Positions 24,264 through 37,386 of a stretch of 64,000 bases of DNA are shown here, one piece after another; the stretch's first letter is position 1, and each line of letters starts with the position of its first letter. Position numbers and translations under genes: made by a program. The notes beneath the pieces are model-generated. The model searched no databases. It was not told the origin of the DNA and saw only the letters and a program-made list of their open reading frames with translations. Source of the DNA: Ostrea edulis (taxonomy: Eukaryota); assembly GCF_947568905.1 (NCBI RefSeq), contig NC_079168.1:83266001-83330000 (forward strand). The letters are read 5' to 3'.

Positions 24264-26046
24264 GGGACAGCTGAGCTCGTGTTGCCATTTTACACCTGCA
24301 TTCCTCAATGTTAACAAATGTCTATTGCCATAAGATTTTATATATTGCCGGTTTAACTATCAAACAATAGTGATTTCTATTGTCTTCCTGCTAAAATTGT
24401 CAGCAATGTCACTTGCATACTCGGAAACACTTTATATTGTTGCTAAAGTCACTACTTGGCAATGTATTCCATTCTTCAGTAATACTATGAATGCCCTTAA
24501 TGCCTTAGAGCAACCAGGAATGCATGAAGTTGAACAGATATTGGTGGCCTTTAAATCAACATCAGTAACCAATCAAATCTTGGGAAAGAAAACGAGTCAT
24601 TCGAGTTCATTTGGTAGTGATATTAATGTACTGTTTATGTATTTTGTTGATTTATTGTGGGGGATATCGCATAATGTTTCTATTAGACATTATGACTTCA
24701 GTTTAATATTCCTTCTTAATGATGTCACAGTCAATAGCTTTACATAACAGCTGCATTTATTTGTGTATTGTAGCTCATTAAATGTGTTGCCTCTGTCGAA
24801 TTAAGTAATGCAGACTCCTATTTATGCCTGCTTTTCCAATATTTTGAACACATTACAGGGTGAAAAAGAAAACTCATACTTTTGCTGTAGATTCCATGTT
24901 GACAGGTACATTATCTCATCTCAGTAATGATAGGGTTTCTTTTAAAATTAGAATTTATATAAAGTAATGTTATTCATGTCTCTACTTCCTCATGCACTCT
25001 AAAGCAAGGCCTGAAGTCAATGAGAACTTCATACACAACTAAGATTACAGAAACTGTAATTATTTGAAAAAGTAATTCTGTAATATAAGGGGTTTGTAAA
25101 TAGCCTTCAGCTCTTCGGAGGGTTGTGTAATTGACGCTTAGTTCTTGTGAGGAGTATTAATTGATGTTCAATTCTAGTGAGGTGTGTAACTGACCTTGAG
25201 TTCTTGAGAGGGGTATGAAACCTTGAGAAGGATGTGTAATCTGGAGAAGGTTGTGTCCATGTTGCTTAATAGTTGTGACTTGTCTCCCTTTGTTGAACTA
25301 TTATATAGGTTGAGTCTCAAAATATATATTCCTGTGCACATGGTGGGCACGGATGCTTATCACTTTGTGTATTTATTGTCTAAAGGGTGAATTCAAGCTC
25401 CTTTGCAACTTTTTGAACTGATGGGAAATACAAATTTAGTCAGTTAATGAGTAACTGAAATACAAATAGCTCGTACAAAAATAAAAATTCATCGTCTTTC
25501 TTTGTTTAAGTATTGATTGTGTCTAAGAGGAATTGACTAATGATTTCGTATTTTATTTGATGTACTAATTCTATTTTCTTCTTGGTATGGTGAGTTTAAG
25601 GTATACTGCCAGCTAATATAAACAAAATTCATGTTTTCATAGCTTTTACTGTCATCTACATAACAGTCTAAAATTTATGTATACACCCTATACCCATCAA
25701 AGTGTTCAATACTGAATGTACCTCCATCACAGAAGAGCTGATATCTTGGATATTGGGTATTGACCTTCAGATTTATGGAGGGGTGTGTAACTGACCTTTA
25801 AAAAGTATAATGGTAAGAGTAATGGTTTGAAATGTTAATTTCTAGAATTTTAATTATAATGAAACATTTAGAGCTATAGTTTCACATCATTTTGTACATT
25901 TGGTGTAATTTAAGTATATCATGGGAAGAAAATTATGGGTTATGAAAAAGTCACACAGCCAAGATTTGTTCCTCTGGATTTAAAGTGGGTTGTTTTGTTT
26001 TTGTTTTGTTTTTTTGGTTAAACTAAAACTGTTGAATTTTTTGCAG

Positions 26047-28665
26047 TATCCTAATGAGAGTTCATCACCTCCAACAGAATCTTTAAGGATCACGGTTGGA
26101 AATGACATCTTCAAAAAAGGAAGTAGCCCTCTGTCTGACAGACTGGGCCCACCCGTACAGCAGTACCAGAATTCTGACAATATATTTGAACGAGAAAGGA
26201 TGTTCTATGGAGGGGCAGAGGACATTGTGAAAAGAGATGATAAGTGGAGGAGAGATTCCCAGGGAAAGAGGTATGATACCGATTCTCATGGAAGGGATGA
26301 TGACAGGGGACGGGACAGGCGAAGAGAAAGTGGCAGAGATTCGCGAAGCCGACGGGGAAGTAGTAAAGAACGTCCTGACTCTCGTCATGATCGGAGGGAC
26401 TCTAGGAGAGATGGTCGTGATTATCGCGACAGACGGGAGGGGAGTAGGGAGGGACATCGCAGTGACAGTCACAGAAGAGAGGAGTCCCGGGACAGAGACT
26501 ACCATGATCATTACAGAAGTGATGTAGATAAAAAATATGATGAACGATTCAGTAGTGAGAAGTTGGATCCACAATATGGAGATAGAATAAGACATGAAAG
26601 TGACAAATATAATGAGATTTATAGGGAGAGGGGTCTTGAGGGACAGAATTCTATGGGGAATTACTATCGGAGGGGAGGTCTGGAGTCTCTGACACAGCAA
26701 GTGATGCGAAGTCCGCCAAAGTCGGAGCCCACACTACCCACTGCCAAACCTCTTAAATCAATTCTTAAGAAGAAAACGGATAATGTGGTACCTCCAGCAG
26801 AAATGAGCGGGGATCCTTACAGGTCACAGGTAGAGAACAGACTGGGGCCACCACTGGGACTAAACTACAATTCAGCGGGAACGGGTCACTCCATGGACAT
26901 CGAGGATGAAGAGAGATTTCTGTATGGAGAACCAGAAAAGAAAGAACCTCCTCCTTCACAGCCGCCACCCTGGTCCCAGTCATTTACAGGGGATCATTTT
27001 CAACCTCAGGGTGGTAATACACAGCAAGGGAACACTTTTCCAATCCTTGGTCAGCCGGGTATATATTCCTCGCCACCCAGAATTCCCGACAAACCTTGTG
27101 AGGAACAAGAAAGGCAGTATGACTCCTCCGATCTCCTCAGCATTTTTATGAAAAGACCACAGCCGAGAGTTTCGGAGGACACTCAACCCCCAAGTTCACA
27201 GAAACCAGCTTCCTTTGCAGAGACTTTGAATCAAGAGGTGAAACAACAGAAATATGACCCAACTATAGAAAACATTTTAAAATCAATTGGTTTTGATTTT
27301 GAAATGTCCAAACGAATGCAAGAAAAAGCAGGAAGTGAACCTTTAAAAGAAGATGTTCCTCAGCAATATGGAATAAACCAGATGGCCTCGTTCTTAGGTG
27401 GAGGCTTGTCGACTGCGGAGCTAAGCTCAAATCTGTTCCCCAAGAAGAAGCCACCTTTTGAGACATTGTTATCACATGAGGCTAGAGACAGGGAAGGGGA
27501 CAGGGGTTCATTTGAAGGCAGACATAAGGAAGGGGACAGGGGTTCATTTGAAGGCAGACATAAGGAAGGGGACAGGGGTTCATTTGAAGGCAGACACAAG
27601 GAAGGGGACAAGGGTTCATTTGAAGGCAGACACAAGGAGAGCTTTTTAGATCAGATTCTCAGTAAAGATGTATTCAGCAAGAGAGATTCATACCTCCCTC
27701 CTTTATCCTCTGTAACCTCACAAGAGTATGTACAACCACCTGCAGCTAGCTATACTTCAACTTATGCTCCATACTCTCAAGAATATGCTCCTCCTGTTTA
27801 TACTAAATCTTACCTACCAGCACAGTCCACAGTAAACGCTTATTCTACCCCTCCTGTTGTTGACTCGTACAATTTTCCTCAGTATACTCCACCAGAGGGT
27901 GCTCCCAGCATCAGGCAGATGTCTCCAGGGTTACGAAAAGCTCCTGAAATATCAGCAAGAGGAAATCTGACTACCATATCCCTAGCAGAAAGTGTTCCTG
28001 AACTGCAAAAGTCTGAGACATCCAAGAAAAATACAAGGCCAAATTTAAGAGAAATTCCAAAGTCATTTGAACTGGTGGAAAGAATGACAGAAACTCCATT
28101 GAAAAATACTGTGCCTCCTACTTTGTCAAGTAGAACAGTTTTACCGCCTAAAGGTGAAAGTGTTAAATCACAAAGACCAGGAATCAAACGCCCTGTGGAG
28201 AAAGAACCAGTACAATCTATGATGAATTCTAAAAAGCAAGCAGAAAAACTGCTGCGTGATAAGGAAGAAAGACAAAAACGCATCCATGCTCTCGAAGAGG
28301 AACTGACAAAGCTCAGAAAGCAGCAGAATGAAATCATGCGCAAAAAACGCCGTCAAAAGGATGGCCACAAGGATCCCATCCTCTTGCAGAATAGTCAGCT
28401 GCAGGAGGAAATCTCCCTCCAGATCTCCAAGCTTCGGAAACTCAGCGAGGGAAAAAGTGTAGAAGACATTCAACCGCAGCAGAAGAAAATCAAGGTGGAA
28501 AAAGAGGAAGTGAGAATGACTGAGAATATGGAAATAGCAGAAGTAGGTGAAGTTAAAGCAAGCACTAGAGATCAAACAGTCAAAGAGGAAGTTCCTGCTT
28601 CAGCAGCCCTCAAAGAGGAAGTTAAGCTGGAGGCTGTGGTGAAGCAGGAAGAGAAACCTAAACAG
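26047..28665 (+). CDS. ZNF318: ZNF318-like exon 2 (RD/RS-rich, Pro/Ser-rich, coiled-coil)
   Basis: ttgcag|TAT...AAACAG|gtgatt, 873 open codons. Contains DIEDEERFLYG, YDPTIENILKSIGFDF and a LRKQQNEIMRKKRRQKDGHKDP coiled-coil typical of ZNF318. Confidence 0.9.
27493..27636 (+). repeat. Coding 36-bp repeat x4 (EGDRGSFEGRHK)
   Basis: Directly visible in DNA and protein. Confidence 0.9.
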
Positions 28666-28836
28666 GTGATTGTATAGGAGAAGTATTTATAATATGTTTA
28701 TGTTTGAAATTGAGAGTATTGAATAGGGGTTAATTTTAAAGCATTGGTAAGTCAATTTAAATTAAATCAAAAGATTTTTAACCATCTGAAATTTTTTTTA
28801 CTCCTCTAAATCAGTGTTTTGCTTTGTATTTTACAG

Positions 28837-28977
28837 TTGTCTTTTCAAGTAAAGGGAGGACAGAAAACCAGATATGAATTCTTTGATCCGGGAAAACACT
28901 GGTGCAAGCTCTGTAACACTGTATATGACACGGCCATCCAGTTCTTAGAACATACCCACCAGCGCCACAACAAGAAG
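28837..28977 (+). CDS. ZNF318: ZNF318-like exon 3 (first C2H2 finger)
   Basis: ttacag|TTG...AAGAAG|gtagag. Encodes YEFFDPGKHWCKLCNTVYDTAIQFLEHTHQRHNKK, similar to the human YEYYDAGNHWCKDCNT motif as I recall it. The exact acceptor is uncertain by a few codons. Confidence 0.88.
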
Positions 28978-29360
28978 GTAGAGACGGGTTCCAGTCTATG
29001 TAAACTGGTCCCCCAAGAGCTTTTTGTATTTAGTTGTTCAGTTATGTCCAATGCTTTGTCACATCTATTGTCATTTGCTTTCTTCAAGAGATCATCCTGT
29101 TCTTTGTATTTTATAATAAGTTGGACATGTAAAGGCTGTTGTAGCAAAATAAAGATGGCGTCTTCACAGTGCCTTACATTTGACCCACTTTAATTGTTTG
29201 AATCTTGTTTTAAAAAAAATGTATGTCAACTAAGCTGATGTGGATTGAGGGAGTATTTTGCATCCTGATTCTTTTACTGCCTTCATGTTGCGGAATTGAT
29301 CTATCCAGAATGAAATTTACACGAAAGTTTGCGAAACCTCCCCCTTTTGAATTTTTACAG

Positions 29361-29463
29361 TGGAAAAACACAGACACATTTGATAGACCTTGGATTCCTG
29401 ACCAAATGAAGAACCCGTCCCAGAAGAAGAAAATGCAGAAGGTGGAAGTGATGTCTATGAAGG
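29361..29463 (+). CDS. ZNF318: ZNF318-like exon 4
   Basis: tttacag|TGG...AAG G|gtatct. Encodes WKNTDTFDRPWIPD...SMKG, phase 0/1. Confidence 0.88.
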
Positions 29464-29617
29464 GTATCTGTATTTTCTAGTTTTATTCTTCGTAGGATAT
29501 TGTCAGCAGTTGGGTGCTTAAAAGTGATACTTGGATACAAAATCATCTTTATTGCATTATTTTATTGATTTCTGTAGATGTATTATGGTACAAATTCAAT
29601 AATTTCTTTTGTTGCAG

Positions 29618-29736
29618 GTCCTGAGTTCCTGTTTCCAACCAATGGTTTCTACTGTGTTTTGTGCCGTGAGTTTTCTGGAGACGTTCAGTGTGCAGAATTT
29701 CACCTAAAAACAGAAGTCCACCACACTAACTATCAG
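29618..29736 (+). CDS. ZNF318: ZNF318-like exon 5 (matrin-type finger C-x2-C-x12-H-x5-H)
   Basis: gcag|GT CCT GAG...TATCAG|gtaatg. Encodes PEFLFPTNGFYCVLCREFSGDVQCAEFHLKTEVHHTNYQ. Confidence 0.92.
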
Positions 29737-30952
29737 GTAATGTTTAAAATGAAAGTCCACAACACTATCAGGTAATGTGTAAAATGAAAGTCCACCAATC
29801 TATCAGGTGATGTTAAAATGAAAGTCCACCACACTAACTATCAGGTAATGTTTAAAATGAAAGTCCATCACACTATCATGTAATGTTTAAAATGAAAGTC
29901 CGCCACTCGTACTATTGATAATGTATAAAATGAAAGTCCACCTATCTATCTATCTATCAAGGTAATGTTTAAAACAGAGGTCCATAACTCCAACTATCAG
30001 TTAATGTTTAAATTGAAAGTCCACCACACTAAGTATCAAGTAATGTTTAAAATGAAAGTTCACCATTCTAACTACAGTAAAACTCTGATAAAGCGAATTT
30101 CTGCGAACGCTCTATAAAAATTCGCTATAAGCGTAATTCGCTATACGTTTATAGTGAATTCATAATTCAAATAGAACGAATTCGTTATAAAACTGATTTG
30201 TTCTACATGTATATCAGTTGTATAAGAAAGCAGCAATCGACATACTTGCATTTTTTATAAAAGAAGTATACACACAAATTTATATATGATTATTTATCTT
30301 GATGGATTATTAAGTCACGCAAGAACATGTCAAAAGAAAAATGTCAACAAAATTATGTGCAATGCATACAGTCTCTCGCAGTTGTCATTTACTTGTTGCT
30401 TTACACAAATAAATGAGTGTACGATAAAATAAATGCAATCAAACTTCAAATTTAATTAACGAGAATAGTAAACAATACCGACAATATATTTACTAAATGT
30501 ATGTGTAAGTGTTGTTTTGCGATAACAAATCTTTTGAAAAAATACAAACAGAAATTTCGTAATAAGTGTGGATCCTTTATGGCAATGGAAAGTGATGGTT
30601 CAAAATCACGAGTTTAAAATGAAAAAAAAAAATGTTGTAAAAGGTGATTTTTACGTTCATTTTTAATTCAAAGGGAATAGGAATTTACTTTTGTTATACC
30701 CGTAAATTTGCTATATCTGTGTTTGTTATTCACATATTTTTTATATAGAATATATAAAGAATTTGTTGGGGAAATTGATTTCACTTCGCTATAGCCATAA
30801 TTTCGCTATATCCGTGTTCGCTATATTCGAGTTTTACTGTATCAGGTAATGTTTAAAACAGAAGTCCATCACACTATTACGTAATGTTTAAAATGAAAGT
30901 TCACCACACTATCAGGTAATGTTTAAAACAGACATCACACTATTGGGTAATG
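29706..30952 (+). repeat. Degenerate 35-40-bp tandem array derived from the exon-5 end plus splice donor (about 13 units)
   Basis: Unit aaaa(c/t)(a)gaa(a)gtccaccacact(aact)atcag|gtaatgttt. The first unit is the real exon end. The array is interrupted by a MITE. Confidence 0.85.
30075..30839. mobile_element. Tc1/mariner-type MITE with TA TSD
   Basis: ta|cagtaaaactc...gagttttactg|ta. Removing it restores aactatcaggtaat of one array unit. Confidence 0.88.
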
Positions 30953-31022
30953 CTTGATATATGTATAGTCTTGTGTTGTCATTTTGATTGTTCAGTGTAT
31001 ATGTTGTTTTGCTTTCTTTCAG

Positions 31023-33342
31023 AAATTCTTGGTAGACAGTCCATTCTATGAGCAGCGCAGACAATTAGACCGTGCCAAGGGACTCGCCGAGAAACAAGAA
31101 AAGACACTAAAGGAAAAAGAATCCAAGCCATTATTTGGAAGAAGTGCATCCAAAGAAAAAAATGAGGACAAACAAGTGCAGAAAGTGCCCTCCTTTAACC
31201 TCAGGCAATCAGAGAAAGAAGTGGAGGAGTTATCGGATGTAGATAGCAGTGCACAATCAAGTGCAGCAATAATGGCCAAAGTCAAACTATCACTCAAAAA
31301 ACCAATCCCCAAGCCAGGAAATGAGTCTGTCCCTCCCATGTCTGAAAAAGAGGCTTCTCCAATCCTGCAGAGTCAGACGTCTGTGGAAGAGGCAGAGAAA
31401 AAAACAGAGAATGATAAAAAGGAAGATGGAAAGAAAGGAATAGCAATCAAAATCACTAATAAAATTGGAATTGTTGGGAAAGTTCCAGCAAAGAAGAATG
31501 CACTTCTTCCTCCCTGGACCCCCGTCTCCAGACAGGACCCTCTGAAGAACGTTGCTGGAATAGAAGCAGAGAAAAATAAATTGGCATTGGAGAAGAAACA
31601 AGTAACTGCACAGGACATCTTGAAGGCATTGCAGGAGAAAAAAGAGCAAGAGAAAAAGGAAGCGGAGGAAAGGAAAGAGCAGGAAAGAAAGGAAGCGGAG
31701 GAAAAGAAAGAGCAGGAAAGAAAGGAAGCGGAGGAAAAGAAAGAGCAGGAAAGAAAGCAAGCGGAGGAAAAGAAAGAGCAAGAAAGAAAGGAAGCGGAGG
31801 AAAAGGCCAGGCAAGAAGTCACTGAGATCCCTGTCCCAGAGGAGAAACCCAGCAAGAAAGAGGAGAACCCAGTGACCAACCTGGAGACAGTGCCAGACCT
31901 GAGTTCTATCCCTATACCAAGTCCTCCAAAAGCAGAGGAGACCTCCTCGATGGTGAATGACGAAGGCAACATGATGAACAATAGTGAGGAAAATACTTCA
32001 GATGCTAACATTCAGAAAAGTGAACTAGCTTTAGAAGGCATTGTGATGCCAAAATCTGATTTGGTGACAAATGGAAAACATTCTCAAGAAATTGACAGTG
32101 ATCCGTCTTTAGCAACACAAGAAAAAGATTTCATTCAAGGACCATCCATGTTAAATGAAAGCAAGGCAGCTGACACAGAATTGAACACATCAGTTCCACT
32201 TCAAAACATGGAGGAAGACATGGAATTAGAAGAAGAGGAAGTTGTTGCTATAGTTCCCGAAATACCACAAAAAGACGATAAACAGGAATGTGATACATTT
32301 AGTACTGAAAAAATTAGCACGTCACCTCCACCCTCAAATTACAGAGATACAGAGGTCAACCAGGCCATTATTGTATCAGAATGTAAAGAGAAAGAGGACT
32401 CTAACCACAAACCACAGCCTGGTGGTTTGGAGGATTCACCACCACCCTCAAATAACAAAGATACAGAGGTCACCCAGGCCATTATTGTATCAGAAAGTAG
32501 GGAGAAAGAGGACTCTAACTATGAACCACAGCCTGGTGATTTGGAGGATTCACCACCACCCTCAAATAGCAAAGATACAGAGGTCACCCAGGCCATTATT
32601 GTATCAGAAAGTAGGGAGAAAGAGGACTCTAACTATGAACCACAGCCTGGTGATTTGGAGAATTCACCACCACCCTCAAATAGCAAAGATACAGAGGTCA
32701 CCCAGGCCATTATTGTATCAGAAAGTAGGGAGAAAGAGGACTCTAACTATGAACCACAGCCTGGTGATTTGGAGGATTCACCACCACCCTCAAATAACAA
32801 AGATACAGAGGTCATTATTGTATCGGAAAGTAAGGACAAAGAGGGCTCTAACCATGAACCACAGCCTGGTGATTCAGAGGATGTCGCCATTGATATAGAT
32901 GATGATAAAACCATAACAGATGAAGACAACACACTCGACAACAGCGATGTTTTGGAGTTTGGTGAAGATGATATGAAAGACAGGGAGGGTGATGACATGA
33001 GTTTGGTCCAGCGGAATCAATGTCGGCCAATTGAAGATGTGATTGAAGTCAGCATGGGCAGCCTTGGTGATGTGGTGGAAGTGGCAGTGGGTGGAGAGAA
33101 TGTCAATCTGGAGGGGGATCTGGAGTGTAACGTGGACCAGCTGTATGGAGTAATAGGGGGAGAGTCGGAGAACCTGGAGGATGTTTTGTCTGTGGGGCAG
33201 GGCCAGAGAGGAGCAGGTTGCTTTTCAGAATTGGGGGTCAAACCAATGGATGTAGAGGATGTGACCACCGCGGGTGGAATGAATGAGGACGACGTCGGGA
33301 ATATTGTTGATGAACTGATGCATAGCAACAGCATGGAGAGTG
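31023..33342 (+). CDS. ZNF318: ZNF318-like exon 6 (acidic, repeat-rich)
   Basis: ctttcag|AAA TTC... encodes KFLVDSPFYEQRRQLDRAKGL (ZNF318 post-finger motif). It ends AGT G|gtgagt, a consensus donor; read-through would stop at 33350. Confidence 0.88.
31635..31806 (+). repeat. Coding 33-bp repeat (EQERKEAEEKK) x about 5
   Basis: Directly visible. Confidence 0.85.
32322..32882 (+). repeat. Coding 114-bp (38-aa) repeat x5
   Basis: SPPPSN(N/S)KDTEVTQAIIVSESREKEDSNYEPQPGDLED at 32322, 32436, 32550, 32664 and 32778. The last copy lacks 3 aa. Confidence 0.92.
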
Positions 33343-34527
33343 GTGAGTAAGAAAGATACTACCAATAAAAAGACGCAAAATTTTATTTCCATCAGTTTTT
33401 AAACCAATCATATTGATTTATTTTACAGAATTATATACAATGTATATTTTATATGTTTTAAAATTCTCTTTCTTCAAAACCATCAAGAAAATCTGTGGCT
33501 ATTTGGTAATGACACACTCCCTTCAGACTGCGTTGTCTTGCTGTATATTTCCATGTCTCAGATTTATTTGCCACACCTAGTTCGTTCGTTTCCAGTATAT
33601 TGATTATGTTGTTCATCTTGATGTGCTTCCTCTTTGTTTTTCTAAGTTTCATAAACTGTTACTAGGTATGACATCATGGCTGTCCGGCTTTGGTAGGTAA
33701 CAATGGAAACACTGTTGAGATGTGTGAACGGAGACATCCAATTTCACTTCTTGATAACTTGCATGTTCTACTGAGGACTTTGGTTTTGCATGGGTTTATG
33801 ATTTCTCTGTATATAGTCTAAAATACCAGATTTTTCCAGAGTTGAGTGTGCTTTACTTGGTTAAGTTGATTTCTGTCCAGTATATTGTAGATGTATTTAA
33901 TTCCACGCAGTCATAATTTCGCGGATTATGATTTTTGGTTTGGTTTGTGGATACAAAATTCTGCTGAGTTGCATATATATGGCTTACATGAATATAGTTT
34001 GTGTATATACTTTACCTGAGTCTGCTGGTATGAAATTGCGCATATTTTATGTGATCGCATATTTTGCGAAAATAAGTACCACACATGATTATGTATGTTA
34101 ACAGTGTTTGTGCCATCTCATGATCTTATTTAGTTATAAAATCATGAGCTGTCTTTAGTTGCTGTAACTTGCAGATGTACAAATTATGTTGTGTAGTTGT
34201 TTTATTCTATAGCCCAATTCATTTCAAAAACCCAGGGTAAACCTGACCACCTTCTTTATTATACATTGTAATAGAAATTCTCTTTAAGTTTACTTGTGCA
34301 TGCTTTTATGTGTCAGATGATTTATCTCCCCTTTGTTTATATTCATGTATCTTCAATTTATACTAGGACATTAAATTTTGTGTTTGAAAATATAAATGAT
34401 TTAAAGATGTATTGAATAGTTCAAACATTTGATGCTAAAATCAGTATCTGTTGATGCATTTGAACATGAATGCTTGGTTTATGTTTTTATGAAAACACCT
34501 AAGAAGATACAAATTTGAATTTTTCAG

Positions 34528-34607
34528 ATCCTGAGAGCGAAAAGAGTGGAATCAGTGGCATGATGGGTAGCGACTTCGAAGTGGTTGATGAATGTGAGGA
34601 GACGTGA
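34528..34607 (+). CDS. ZNF318: ZNF318-like terminal coding exon
   Basis: tttttcag|AT CCT GAG..., phase 1, matching exon 6. Encodes (D)PESEKSGISGMMGSDFEVVDECEET*. ATTAAA at 34832. Confidence 0.75.
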
Positions 34608-35262
34608 TTGGGATCAGTGTCACTGATAAATCGTGTGTGTGAAATAATGGGACTACTTACTAGACTGTTCAGTAGACAGGGCCTTCGTATTGGTGCCTGG
34701 TAATTGTGACCTGTATAAAATTGCAACTTTTCAACTCAAGAGTTTGTCGCCATTACAATTGTTTTCATTAATCATTTGCATGTTACACCAGAAATCCATG
34801 TTACTGAATCATTTGTTTATCTTTGTTTTATATTAAAATCAGATTGGTCTGATTTTTATTTAAATGTTGATGTTATGATTTTTAGCTCACTTGTTAGTTA
34901 ATAGTTAGCTCTTCTGGTCACCTGTAAACCATGTGTCTACTTCTTCAGAACCAGGAGGCCATTTTCAACAAAACTTGCTGTATTACAGGGATCATTTGTA
35001 GGTCTTGATATCAGGGGCCTGGACTTTTCCATTTGGGAAAAGATATTGACATTTGCTTGAAATTGGGAAAAACATTTCATAAAAAGAAGTAGGGATAACT
35101 GGATTAGGTTAAAAAAAAATTCCATGATAATGAATGGGGGAAATTTTGAAATTTAAACAAATATTGGATAATTGGGTTGGATTGATCTGGAATGAAATTT
35201 TATAGAAATATAGGGCATCCTGGATTCCAACTGGGATAAGTCATACCCAGTTTGGCTTATAT

Positions 35263-35758
35263 GGGCATGGACACAATTTGAGCTGAAATCTATCAAATTT
35301 TATTTTTGGAGTTTTAATGTTTAGAATGCTTATAAACTAGAATGTTTCAAAGGGTTAGCAAAAATTTGAGTGTCAGTTGTCGAGGTATACGAGAGATACA
35401 GAGCTCACAATTCTTACATATGTAAACAAGGCTCGTGCCATGTGTTTGTTTACATGGGTTAAATATGCTAGTGAAAGCTTCGTTTAAAGCAGATTTTTCA
35501 ATTTACAAGTTAATTCTGAACACAGTTTTGTAGTTTTTGGCACATTTTATTTTGTTTTAACACATTTAAATCTATATGTAAACAAAAACATGACACAAGC
35601 GTTGTTTACATAACAAGGAATTGTGAGTGCTGTATCTCACTTGTAACTCATCAACTGATGTTCAAATTTTGATTGACTATTAAAAATACCTAATTAAGCA
35701 TTCTAAACCTTAAAAATGGAAAAATAAAATCTGAAAATCGTGTACATGCCCCTTTAAG
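35263..35758. mobile_element. Palindromic MITE, Kolobok-like (right end ...cccct|ttaa)
   Basis: gggcatggacac...tttagaatgctta...tgtaaacaa on the left is mirrored by ...taagcattctaaa...gtgtacatgcccc on the right. Confidence 0.7.
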
Positions 35759-36296
35759 TGGGTTTATACAATGGGTTCAACCCCATGACACGTAAAATGG
35801 CTCACTGTTCGAAAAAGAATAGGCTTATTTTAGGCCACAGCAGTAACTCGGACATTCTATAAAATCTTGTCCAGTTAGTCTCCAAAATATTTTAAACACA
35901 GTTGTTTTGAATTGTTGGGAGGCCTTCTACATATTAAAAAATGACCGTAATAAAACACAGTAAATTATACTGTAAAATGCACCATGAAATTCACTTTTAT
36001 ATAACAAATGTATATACGTCTATGAAAATACTGTGATATGGGCTCCAAGGTTGTCCACGAAAATTGACTTCCGTGCTGCTATATGTTCCAATGCTACTGT
36101 GCTAATTGATTTATATAAATTTTATGAGAGTGACATAGAATCTGAATTACAATGCCATAAACATGCCGTTTTGCTGTCATTTTCTGTATTTTGACATAGA
36201 ATTAGGGAATAACTGTCTTCATTCGTTATTTACGACTGTTGCTGCTCAGTTTTACCGGCGACGTAGCTGGACCGATCAGAGAGCCGCTAAAACACG

Positions 36297-36516
36297 TCTA
36301 CTTCTACTTCCACCAGTTACTGGCCTCCATCATCTGGTTGTCTACTTCTACTTCCACCAGTTACTGGCCTCCATCATCTGGTTGTCTACTTCTACTTCCA
36401 CCAGTTACTGGCCTCCATCATCTGGTTGTCTACTTCTACTTCCACCAGTTACTGGCCTCCATCATCTGGTTGTCTACTTCTACTTCCACCAGTTACTGGC
36501 CTCCATCATCTGGTTG
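36297..36516. repeat. 44-bp tandem repeat x5 at the 3' end of the LINE
   Basis: Unit tctacttctacttccaccagttactggcctccatcatctggttg at 36297, 36341, 36385, 36429 and 36473. Confidence 0.95.
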
Positions 36517-37386
36517 ACTGTTCTGCCAAGTTGGGGTGTGCGCACATTAAAATAAGAGAGTGATTTTAAAATGTCAACTATTTACAATTAAAAACAGTTA
36601 TTGGCCTAATGGTTTTGTAACTGAGCCTTGAAGGCGTCAAGACTCGGCACCAGCACAGTTGAGGTGGGCAAAATACTCCACTCTTTAATGGTACGAGGGT
36701 AAAACGACTCTTTCCTGACTGTGTTTTTATTGAGCTTGTACATCATGCTTAGTCTTGCTGTTCTTCTAATGATGTCCACTTTAGTTGATGTAACATGTTT
36801 GATACAGATGAGGTGTTGCGGTATCTGTTCAGAACATATCTCGCTGCCCTGCGTTGAACCATATCCAGTTTCTTGGTAGTAGGGATCCCATACTGTGCTA
36901 GCATATTCTAGTGTGGGTCTAACTAGTGATATATACGAATTTTCCTTTATATTTTTGTTGATATCGAGGTTACGCTTAAGGAAACCAATGGTGTTATTGG
37001 TTTTGACACAGATGTTGTTGATGTGTTGGCTCCACTTAATGACCGATGACATTGTAATGCCCAGATATTTAGCTGATGTTACCCTCTCTAATTGATGACC
37101 ATGCGAGATGTAATCCTTCAAGATGATGTTACGGTTGTTGGTGATGGTGAGAATGTTACACTTCCCCGGATGGAATTCCATGAACCATTTACGTTCCCAC
37201 ACTGCCAACTTGTTTAAATCGTCTTGAAGTGTGTCGATGTCTGATGTTACAGTGAGATAGACAATAGTACCATCGGCAAATAATCTTACTCTTGATGTTA
37301 AACCCTCATGCATATCATTAATATAAAATAAGAATAAACTGGGTCCGAGCACTAACCCTTGCGGCACTCCAGATTCAACTTTCTGA
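36517..37386 (-). pseudogene. 5'-truncated non-LTR retrotransposon RT (CR1/L2/RTE-like), inactivated
   Basis: SGVPQGLVLGPSLFLFYINDM, RLFADGT (catalytic DD changed to DG), KYLGI and LVRPTLEYASTVWDPY. Confidence 0.9.

Noticed and set aside
26083-33334. Antisense and alternate-frame ORFs overlapping the ZNF318-like exons
   Set aside because: Shadows of long, compositionally biased coding exons and their internal repeats.
36163-36555. 130-aa and 92-aa ORFs
   Set aside because: They cycle through the three frames of the 44-bp repeat.
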